DNA of 63,677 nucleotides, counting the filler, from Sluysia triapertura (lineage: Eukaryota), in the NCBI GenBank assembly GCA_046118255.1. It is 4 parts of 4 records of this genome, joined end to end, with 100 filler letters (N's around TTAATTAATTAA, not from the genome) between each part and the next. Parts side by side here need not be neighbours in the genome. Positions count along the whole stretch, not along the records: positions 11,715 to 39,282 come from JBJNIA010022179.1; 3 more parts are not named here. The stretch is one strand, 5' to 3'. A program made the translations under genes and the position numbers. Positions 25,201 through 36,540 of the stretch are shown one piece after another. Under the pieces are notes generated by a model. The model did no database searches, had not been told where the DNA came from, and saw nothing but the letters and a program-made list of their open reading frames with translations. The first letter of the stretch is position 1; every line of letters starts with the position of its first letter.

Positions 25201-28200
25201 CGAAATCAGGTATCCAAATAAGTTTTAATAGTCCACAACAATCATTAAATTTTGATATCGAATTAGTACGAGAATTTATCGATGACAAAAAGTTCGGTAT
25301 AAAAATGACATTCAAAAATAGCGTCATTGGTCAGTATAAATTGAAAGTTTTTATTGATATTAATTCTAATATGTATTTGATATTAGCAAATGAGAAATAT
25401 GAAAAGTTGGTTAAAATTAATTTAAAATATTCGAAATCTAATTCTAATCAAATATTATTGGAAGCCATACTAGAATTTATGAATTCCAAAATTTTTGATT
25501 GGTCATTGAAATTATTAACCAATAGTGACAATTCGAAGCATTTGTCAGTTAAATTGCAAACACCCTATTCTATGATTCAACATTTTGAAGTCATCAAACA
25601 AGTGTCTTATCGATCAATGTTAGATCATGAAATAAAGTCTGCAATTAGTTATCGCGCATACAATATGCAATACAATATTGACACCGAACACAAATTAACA
25701 TGGACAGATCGTTTGTATAAATTCGTCAGCAAAACATCACGTGATGGTACGGAAACTATTTCCATGGTAATAAGTCATACCGGTGATCCATATACTGGTA
25801 TGACTCATACCTCTATTTTAAAAGTACAGCAACAAAAATTTGGTTATACTGTAAAAGGTCAGTTTAAGCCTCATTTTAAAGGTGAATTTCATTTACACAG
25901 AAATGACAATAATATGTTATTTGTTAGTGAAGCCAATTCAAAACGAATTTCAGTAGAAAGTGTTACCAGTAGTGATGGGGTAAATAAACAACGTTCTGAA
26001 TATTTCCTGTACGAAAGTAACGAAATCGATAATAACAATAACAAAGATTTTCGAGTTAAAATTGTACCATTCAAATGGGCACCAATTGATCTACAAATTG
26101 TACGACGAAGCATTCGAACTAAACGAAGCATTGCTGACGATGACGTTGGCGATGAGTTTGATGATAATTTGATTTTGAAATATGACACGAAACCGGTGTT
26201 GAAATGGCGCAGCAAATTCGATAACAAATTTTTGAATAAATTAAACACTAGAATTAATTTAGAAGCACCGCTATTTACTGATAACAAACTCGATTTGTTG
26301 GTTAAACACGAACTAGATGACAAAACTAATTTCTATTCATTTGACCATTCTATGAAGATCGGCAAAGATTTGGATCAACTTTATCGACTTTATGGAAATT
26401 GGATCTTGAATTTGAATACTGGCGAATTCAATATGGATTTTCCGGCCCAGCTGGGAGGTAAATATCATTTGTCGATGGGTCATAAAATAAAATCACCGAA
26501 TAACAAACATATTAGCTTTCTAAGTCTTAAAAACAATGACGAAAGTTTATTGAACTATAACGGTGAACTGGTGCTCGATTATCAACAAAACTCGTACAAT
26601 GGTAAATGGGAATTAAAAACAAATAAACACTTGGTAATGTTTGATGGAAAGTATGACCCATCACAAGGTTATCTATCAACAAAGTTGCTTTATAACAATA
26701 AACCGGTATTGACATTGATGAGTTCATTGGATCAGAATGACCTTTCAGTAATGCAGTTGAACATTAATTCAGACATTTATAACACTAAATTTTCAATAAA
26801 TAGAAAAGCCAATGAAATAAATATCAAATTGAATCAATATTTTATTAAAATCCAAAATAGTAACGATCAATTTAGTTTGATTTTTAATGAATATGACGAA
26901 AATATCGCTTCAGTATTATTCAATTATATACTGACTAAATCAGCGAAACTGAATTTGAAATGGTATCAACAATTTATCAATATTCAATTATCACTTGACA
27001 ATGAAAAAGCAATTTTGAATGGATCCAGTTCATTTAGAGTAATAGAAAAATTATTGATTTATTTATCAAAATCTGAATTTAAATTCGAAATTAAAAACAA
27101 TAAACAAATGTATTACTTGGTTTCGAAGTATGGTTTCTCAAAAACAAAACTAAATCTAAATATTGAAATTAAATTGAAAAATAAATATGAATTCAGTGGA
27201 TTAATAGTTCCAAATTTAAAATCTGTTTTTTACTATAATAAACACTATTTGACAATTATTCATAAATTTGATTCATTGAAGCAGTTCCATATTTTTATTA
27301 ACAACAATGTCTGGCAACAAATACAAGTCATAAAAATCAAATTTGATGAAGAAATAACACCACAATTAAGTTTAGAATTAAATCAATTTTCATTGGATGT
27401 TACACTAACCAATAAGAAAAACGAATATCAATTAATTGTTAATAATAATCGTTTTTATCCAAAATCGTTTAGTGGTTCGACTAAGTTTCAATTTGATGGC
27501 TTAAAAAAGCATTTCCTTTTAGAAATTAATTGTGAAAATCAATCATATCTCAATATAAACGTTGCCATTGACTACGAATCGAAAGTATATGCAATAGAAA
27601 TGTTGATTTATCAGAAATTTATTCAATTATCTGGCTCAATTAATTTCAGTAAACCAGAATCATTAATTATATTGAAAATCAATCAATTGATTAGTTTGTA
27701 TTGGAAAAACGATTTGAAATTTGAAAAGTCCAACAAAAAAATAATTTTGTTAGTCAACACTCTATTGAATACTGATTGGATGACTGACAATTATTGGTCA
27801 TTGAAACTAAACAATCAAATTAATGTGATGAAGTCATCAACTGGTGAATCAATGTTTAGTAATGATTTGGTATTAAACGACATTAAATATGGTGTTAAAG
27901 TGATCACTATGCCACAATATAAACTCGGTGTTAGTGTGTGGGCTCACAATAAAATGTTCGGTTTAAATGTCAGTCAAGTTAGTCCAGACAGTGTTAAGGT
28001 GAATATTGATTTAAATTTCAAAAAACTGGAATCAATAATCACATTGAATAGTGAAACTTTAAAATTGAAATTATACGATTTAATCAGTAAAACAAAACCA
28101 ATCGATTTTGAATTAACTGGATTTGAAACAAGAAAAATCGTTTCTGTTAGATTAGATTCTTATTCAAAAACTTTATTTAATGCAATAGTAAAATTGTCTT

Positions 28201-31200
28201 CAGTTAACTTTCAATTCAATATTAATCAACCAATTGAAATGCGTTTTGATTTGGTAGCCAATGGACAATCAATGGATAAAAGTGGATCAATAAAAATCAA
28301 TACTTGGCAATATAGATTTGCATTAAATACTCCAACCAAAACAATTGAATCAGCAGCTAGATTTTGGTGTAATACTGGCAAGTATTATAAAATGGAAATA
28401 GAAAATCGTAATTATCAACTTGGTTTCGAGTACGAAATTGGTAAGGAAGTTGTACTCTCGATGATGGAAAAGAAAACCATTCAAAATTGGATTATTTCGT
28501 GGTTAAAAATGTCGACTGATGGCTTCAAGATTAATCTCAAATTCCCAAATTCGAAAGAACGAGAAATAATTTATAAATATAATAATAATAATCGAATTGT
28601 ATTTTATTTGAAAATCTTCGAATTGTTACAAATTGATTATAATAAAGATCAATCAATGAATGATCAAGTTATTGGATCAATAAAACTGTTTGATATCAAA
28701 ATTGCCGAAATATCTAAATCTCAACAAAATATCAATTTTCTCTTCAATCCAACCTATGACAAAAATAAACAAATTAAAGTTAAATATCAGGCACAGAAAT
28801 TATCCGATCGCACTCAAACACGTATACTAATTAATAATCCAACATTGAATTTTTATGTCGATATTACTCATGAATTAGTTACCAAAGTAAACTTTTACGA
28901 ACAAATTATCGATATCAAATATGTTACTGAAAAAACAAACAAAAGCTGGAAATTTATTGTGAAACTCGATAAAACCGTAGCAAATCAAATTACATTTGAA
29001 TTAGTTAATCCAATATTACCAATAGAATTTTTCTGTTCACGACGTCAATTGTCACCTGTTAGTTTGAATTACTACTTTAAATTAAGTAGCCAAAATTATA
29101 GATCGATAAGTGGTTTTGTAACGGTCAACTTTGGTGGTAACAATCGCGGTGTCACAGCTCGCTATTATTATAATCCATATCAAACTTATCAATATGTTCA
29201 AGGTCATATAAAGTATTTCAACCAATACGAATTCGAGGCAGCTGTATTACAAAAATGGCAATTAGAAAACGAAATTTTAGAATTATTCAAATTGAACATT
29301 AAAATGATATCCAATAAACAATTAGAAATTACTTATATGATCAAAAAAGCGATTTTAAACGAACTGGTAACAAACTATATAGATGTTACTTGGAATCAAA
29401 TAATTGAAGTATTCTCGAAATTCGTATCATTAATCGATAATTTACAATTGCAATCTAAATTCAATTTAATACTTAAATTATGGCCCGATACAAAAATGTA
29501 CTACGAAACATTTTCGTTGAATCTAACAAACGATATCAGTCGATTTTTCAGTGAGATTTTTACAATGTTTAAAAACAATGAATTTTATATGGGTTATATT
29601 TTGAGTGAAGTTCAATTTTTAACAATGTCTACTGCTAATTTTCTAAATAAATATATCATCCAAATCAATAATAATATTATGAACATAATCTATCAAATCC
29701 ATTTCAGATTATATGACATTATCGATTTAATATCTGTACCAATAAAATACTTGCAGAATTTATATCAACCAATTATAATAAAATTGCAACTAATTACAAA
29801 ATCGATGCAAATTAAACTGTTACAAATGTTTGAACGATTTTTAAATTATTTATCCAATAAAATCAAACGATGGATTCAACTTGGTGAAATATACATTATT
29901 GAATTAGTAAATAGTGTGTTCGATACTGTCAAATCCATCAAGTATACTTTATTGAAATACAAATTAGAAGTAGTGAGACAATTGGTTTATTGTTTGAAAA
30001 CAATCAAAGCCAGTTCATTCAAGTATTTAGTGAATTATGTGATTGATGCGAACAAATTGCAGGACAAGTATGACGAATTGATCAATAAATTGGTTAAGTT
30101 AACTTCATTTATAAATATAAAACTGGCTAGTATTGAACATTCAGATTATTTCGATTTTGTATTAAGTGGCAAATTTAAAATCTGGTTTGAATATGCCAAT
30201 ATGTTGAAAACATTATTGAATTTTTCAGCAGATCATTTAAAAAACAATAATTATATTAATATTATTGACTCATATTTGACAAAACAACAATTAATATTTT
30301 ATAAAAAACTAGAAACTGTGTTGCAATCGTTTATACCTGTTCTGGTTGATAAAAACGATCTGAGTGGCTATCCAATGTTAGAAAAATTTGTTAGTATACG
30401 ACGTGCATACAAAATTATTAATGATCCTAATTTATATAGTATGAAATTAACAATAAATTTACCATTATCGATTATGAATAATTTAGTATCATTACCAAAT
30501 TTGCAAATATTATTTAATCGTTTTACAAAACTACAAAACATTCAGTCCCATTTAAAAACTATTCGTTCAAATATGACGTATCTAAGTCAATTAACGAAAT
30601 TAACAAATTGGTTCAAACAATCATCGTATAATTTTATGCCGACATCAACACTTTTTCCACCAACTTTCCAAACTTATGCAACTTTGGCTAGTACAAATGT
30701 GGTAACGTTTGATAAACAAACATATCGACTTGTTCAGAAACCGTGCCACATTGTTTTAGCTGAGGAATCTTTGTTTAATTATTGGAAATTGAGTTTAGTG
30801 CAAAAGAAATCCAATTCGAAAGTATATCAATTGGAATTTGGAAAAGACAACATTGTTGAAATTGATTCTAATTCTGCTGAAGTTCGATTAAATAAGCAAC
30901 AAGTCAATCTACCAATTATTTTGAATAATGATGAGGTCAGTATAGTTAGTTTTGCAAAAATAATAACAGTGAAAAGTGTGAAAATGGATTTAACGATTAA
31001 TATTGATACTGATAATGATATTTTGACTATATCATTGTCAAATTGGTATCATGGTAAAATTCGTGGATTGTTTGGTAATGCTGATAATGAACCATTCAAC
31101 GATCTTATGCTTAGAAATGGCGATGTTGTAAAAGTAAAGGAATTTGTCAATAAAATGAAATCATCTAATCAGCAGCAGTCTTGTTCTGTTAAATTAACAA

Positions 31201-32330
31201 TTGTAAAAGAAAACAATGATGATTTGTCCATTGAACAAGTAAAACCGAATAAAAACTGTCCATTTATAAGAAAAATCATTTGCTCATTTTTATATCGATG
31301 TCCATTGTCTCCATTAGCTAATTGTTTTAAATCAGTGCATCCAGGCAATTTTTATCAAATGTGTCTTTCTTCTTCTGAAGATTTCCAAATGACTCTCGAT
31401 GCTCCTATTTGTGATTCAGCACGAAGTTATCAAGCACAGTGTCAAAAGGTAGGTGTCCAGGTATCGTTACCATATCCTTGCACTAAATGTCGTCTCGATA
31501 ATTACAAATCGGGTTTCTTACCAGTTAATGAAGTTGTTTATTTGAAACAGCAGCAAAAATTAGCCGACATTGTGTTCGTTATCGATGAATCTTCAAAATG
31601 TTATCATTCATTACAAGTACCATTCAAAAAGTGGCTTAACCAATTGAATCAATCATTGAAATTAATAACCCAATTAAGCAAAATCCGATACGGATTGGTT
31701 CACTTCGGTAATTACCGTCAAAATATTATGGAACCAAATAGTAAATTTGTTGGGTACAAGTTATTCGGCGATTACGATTCTTTTATTTCTGCATTAGATT
31801 CTTTAGAAAATATTCAAGAAAACCAACTTATATATAATTACAAAGCAGCTCTAGAAGTGGCTGCCAATTATCCATTCAATCCTTTCGCTTCTCATCAGAT
31901 AATAATGTTGTCATGTCAACAATCGATTCATCAAAATCTACAATCATTGAATGATGTTTTTAAACAAAAAAGTATCAATTTTAATTATTTAACCAAAGTA
32001 AATTTCAATATAAAATCATCAACAACCAATAAGATTTTTGGAGTATCAAAAAATATGCAATACAGTGTTTTGTCGCAATTTGGACAAAGTAAATCAGATG
32101 ACTTACAAATACCAACAAACGATTATTTACACCAATTGGCATTGGATAATGATGGCGTTTCATTCGATGTTTCTGTACTGCACGAGTCAGACAAAAACAG
32201 AAATATGTTCATGAAAATTTTAAACAGTCACATCAGTCGCAATGCTAAACCGTCTCGATTGATCAAGTGCAGTTGTGAAAATGAAAATGATTTACGATGT
32301 CAATCTATTGAACGACACGCTGTTTTCCCT
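16227..32330 (+). CDS. apolipophorin/apoB-like large lipid transfer protein, 16,104-bp exon (end of LLT module, long amphipathic beta region, helical region, VWD, C8, VWA-like)
   Basis: EDSEVRINAYLAVM, NQVASFIWTHL, KYSRN, SNLIFSEKSFIPRS and PTLIGLPLKL are LLT-family motifs. VVTFDKQTY...RGLFGNADNEPFND is VWD, followed by a Cys-rich C8. ADIVFVIDESS is VWA-like. ttttag acceptor and gtaagt donor are both phase 0. Confidence 0.95.
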
Positions 32331-32422
32331 GTAAGTTTTATAACAATTATTTTGTATTTGTATATCACATTTTTATTTTCTATAAAATATTTATTTTATT
32401 TATTATTATTTCTATTATTCAG

Positions 32423-32440
32423 GTTAAGAAGAAAGAATGA
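32423..32440 (+). CDS. terminal micro-exon of the LLTP gene (VKKKE*)
   Basis: attcag acceptor after a 92-bp AT-rich intron; TGA at 32438-32440; AATAAA at 32512. Confidence 0.75.
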   Translation, partial: VKKKE

Positions 32441-32511
32441 ATTTAAAAGAGACATTTTATTCATTGACATTTTCTAGAATAATGCATATCTGTTTTATAC
32501 ATTTTTATATA

Positions 32512-32517
32512 AATAAA
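32512..32517 (+). terminator. candidate polyadenylation signal of LLTP gene
   Basis: AATAAA ~70 bp after the stop codon; the hexamer is common in such AT-rich DNA. Confidence 0.4.
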
Positions 32518-32574
32518 TTATGGCATTGATATCACTATTTTGTTTGGGAAGGGGGATTGTAAATAAATTTAGTT

Positions 32575-32800
32575 TAATTTGAGTCCCTTACTCACGTAAG
32601 GGCTAACACTTAAGTAACGTATAAAAATTTAAATTTGTAAAATAAATTTTTTAGTTACGTAGAGGAAGATTTACCTGATGAGGTTATGGCAGTTATTTGC
32701 CTTTTGTCTTTATTGCATTGACGATTTAAATAATGATTTTATATAAGATCCCGATTAGGTAGGATCTGTAAACAAAATCAATATTTAATTTGGTCATGTG
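32575..32800 (+). repeat. dispersed repeat family R (CTTAC..AAGGGCTAA..TAAGT.ACGTATAAAA), diverged copy
   Basis: Similar to the copies at 35790, 61060 and 61859. Confidence 0.55.
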
Positions 32801-34309
32801 AAGTGGATTTTAAATTGGATTTTGAATCTATGTAAAGTTAATCCATCTAAGAATCAATCTTTAATAATACAATTAAATCAAATAATTTATATTGATATAA
32901 TATTATTTAAAAATGAATTATATATGTATGTTACAATTAACATGTTATCAAATAGATGAAAAGACAAATTTACGAAGATTAATACTGTTAGATTTTAAAG
33001 ATAAATCGCTTCTAACTTGATAATAAAATTTATATTTAGTTATTATTATTTACAAAAACTTTCAATGACTCTCTATATACTTTTATATGTCACTAATATA
33101 CACTTGTGATAAAATACAAATTCTGTAACGTTAATACTTAAATATCTTCACTTATATAAATTAGTCAGCAACAACCTAAAATCTTTATCGTTTTACTATT
33201 CTATTAATATATTTCTTTGTTCTATCTGGAAGTATGAGTTGGGATACTTGTTCCGATGGTCTGGAATGGAAACGCAAAATTATAATTTAAGTTCATTCTA
33301 AAATGAAGTTCAATTTACTATATAAATATTATTAACTTTAACTTTAGTCACAAATGAAATTTCTTGATTATAACTTTATATTAATTTTCTTCTTTGTGGA
33401 ACTACTCTCAAAACACAAAAAATCAAATACGAAAATTTATTAATCAAATATTTTATACAAAATACAATAACACTAATGAAACAGTAACAATAATGAATAT
33501 AAACAAAATATTGAAAATTATATTTATAACTTTAAATGTTTTAAACTGGAATTATAATAAATATCGCTTACTTAATCGACAATAATTACAATTAATTTTG
33601 ACTTGTTTCTTCGTTGGTAAATAGATAATAATTAATTCTGAATAATGTTCTTTAATCTTCTTCCAAATTTGTGGATCCAAAATAATTTTTAAATAACGTC
33701 TTCTGTGAAATGTTTTCTAATAATCGGTCGTCGGTTGCGCCGTTATTCGTTTAACCAGTGTATTAAAAACAGTATTTATTTGCTCAACTAATGTCCACTA
33801 TATTATTCTTTTAACCACTGTGTCCCGCGTATCGTTTGTTCAATCAGTGCGTGTTTAAAATATTTGCAGGCGCTATTTATACGCGTTTTATTATGGTTTT
33901 GAATTATTTAATTTTTTGTATAATAATTCCATCCCATATTATAGTGATTTAATTTGCTAATATATAAATATCATGATGAGTGATAATTATTTAATTCCAG
34001 TTTCAGTACATAATAATTACAGTAATAATAATACAATAGACAGTTATTTCATAATGATCATGAATAATTTAATTTCATCAATAGTAGCAATAATGAATCA
34101 ACAATAATTCATTTTATAGTTTTATTATGTGAATAATAATAATAATAATAAACAATTATCTCATAATGTAAGTTATTTCATTTCATGAATCATCAATAAG
34201 CACTACTAAATCATTTTACAATAATAGTAATAAAGGTGATAATAATAATAATAATCATGAATTTATACAATGATAATAATAAACAATGATAAATATTGCT
34301 TCCGGTCTA

Positions 34310-34790
34310 AATATTTATTTTATTAAATTTTGATTGCATATAATTTATATTGAATCTTATTTTAATATGCTTTTTCTCGATTAAAATGCTTTTAAATTTG
34401 ATATAACATTATTCTCTCAATCTTTAATTTAAGTTAATTTTGATCGAGAATAATGTTATTAATTTTTAATTGTATACTAGTTTTATTCAATTTTAATTTA
34501 ATATAATTTTAACTCTCACATTAGAATAATCTTTATGTTCTTAAAATTTAATGTTATATTGTCTTTATAGAATCTCATTTTAAAATGATTATTTTATATT
34601 AATCTGTTGTTTATTTATTTATTTTATTTTCTTTGTTATTAAATTTTGAATTTATATTAACTCTATTAAGTCTCATTTTAAATTAATATAAAGTATTTCA
34701 ATCTTAATGATGATTTTAATTTTACTTTGAAATAATTTTTATTTTAAATAAATTTAAATTAAATCAATTTTAGATTTTAAAAACTTCATG
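34310..34790 (+). repeat. AT-rich internally repetitive dispersed repeat
   Basis: TTAAATTTTGA...AATCTCATTTTAAAA subrepeats; collinear with 62690-62905. Confidence 0.65.
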
Positions 34791-35749
34791 AATATTAAAA
34801 TTGTGAGTAATTTCACGTAAGTAATAATTAATTCTAATCATTAAACTGTCAGAGTCGAATCTTAATTTCAAACAAGGCATAACGGGATAAATTAGACCCT
34901 CTCTTTAAGGCAAGAGTAACTATAGATCAATTAATATATGCCAGTTTAATAAGCTAAAAGTTAGGAAATTAAGTTGTATGTGATCTTAAGCGCTACTTTC
35001 TAACGATTTAGTTACAAACACGTGTCTACTGCACATTTTAAGTCATGTACTGTAGTCGAATCGTGTCAAAAATTATATTGCTGAAATGAAATAAACAGTA
35101 AGAACGCTTCATATATACATAGTTAGAAAAAAACTAAATTAATTATAAATTGTGTTAAAACATTTAGTTCAAAATATCTACACATTATTTATGTATAAAT
35201 TATTTATTGTTAAAAAGTTAATTTATTCATTTTTGTATGACAATTTAAACTCTACTTTTGTAATTTTTGATTCAGAATTATGAATTTTTCAATAAATTTT
35301 TATATTTAAAATTTATAGAAATACATTAATTAGAATTATTAATATCAATATTAATACAAAAATATAATTAATATAAAATATACACATAACATGATTTTCC
35401 ATTTTGCTATTTCAAGGACATTGTAGCTTACTTATGTGAAAATACTAACACTGGAATGCTACCACATAAAACAAAAGAAGAGTTTAGAAATGAATTTTAT
35501 TAAGACATTTCCTATAGTTATGTGGATAATATGAAACACTTTATCAGGTAATACTTCCATGAATTGAAAATATAAAATCATATAGATTATTAGGCACATT
35601 AACAAGTCTCAAACAATTTGAACATAAATAAACCTTAATTTTCAAAACCAGAATCTTATATTTGCTTGAAATAAATGTGATTATGAATAATAATAATATT
35701 ATTATTATTCCTCCTAACCGCCAAATTTTTAGGAAGTTTAAAAATTATA

Positions 35750-36540
35750 ATAGAAATGTAAGATTTTTGGTGTCATTTATTTAGATCTTGATCTACGTGA
35801 TTTCCTTACGATGTTAGACTTACTTAAGGACTAATACATAAGCGACGTATAAAAATTATTTGGATGCTTTTTATATGTTAAACTTTAATAGCCTAGTTAA
35901 AGAACTAATGTTATAAAGTCAGGGATTTAGTTTCTGTCTTATTATATATTTTACGTCGGATCCCAATTAAAACGGATCTGCAAAAATGAAATTTTAATAG
36001 TAAACTATCAAAACACAAAGTATTTTGGGTAATTTTATAACTATATAAGGTTAATGCTACGAAAAGGGTTTAATTAATTAAGAAGGCACAACATGAACAA
36101 TTTAATATTAGGATAAAAATGGGGTAATAATTACAGTAGTTTATAAAAGTTAGGTATAATAAATATATAAAAATTACAAAAATTAAATACAAATAGTATT
36201 AATTTTTCTTATGATAAATTTTTTTAAGGAAGTTTTACTTCGACCCTTTAAACGGTTGAATAAAAATATTAAATAAAAGATTTTAAGTGTGATTTTGCGT
36301 CAACACTAAATGGTTGCGAAAACCTAAATAAATTGACTAACGAAATTATTCTCTTGTGTGATATTATCTATTTTGTATTGAAAGCAGTTAATATTAATGG
36401 AATGTGGCCAATCGATGTCTTTGTTCGAAGTAAAATTCTTCTATACATGATTTTCTTGCGAATTGTAAATTGTGAATTGTATGTGTTAGTTATTGTATAT
36501 TTATATTTAATTTTCAAGGCCACTTGTAAAATTTAAACAA
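35750..36540 (+). repeat. dispersed repeat family R (~0.8 kb, non-coding)
   Basis: CTACGTGA.T.CCTTACGAT.TTAG.CTTACTTAAGG.CT shared with 61061 and 61859; similarity continues to TGACTAAC.AAA.TATT (36334 / 61543). Confidence 0.8.

Noticed and set aside
17613-26727. Short antisense and alternative-frame ORFs within the giant exon (also those overlapping collagen exons)
   Set aside because: Shadow ORFs produced by codon structure of the real CDS.
32331-32477. Hydrophobic, transmembrane-like C-terminus of the 5411-aa ORF
   Set aside because: Read-through into an AT-rich intron after a consensus gtaagt donor; the spliced end is VKKKE*.
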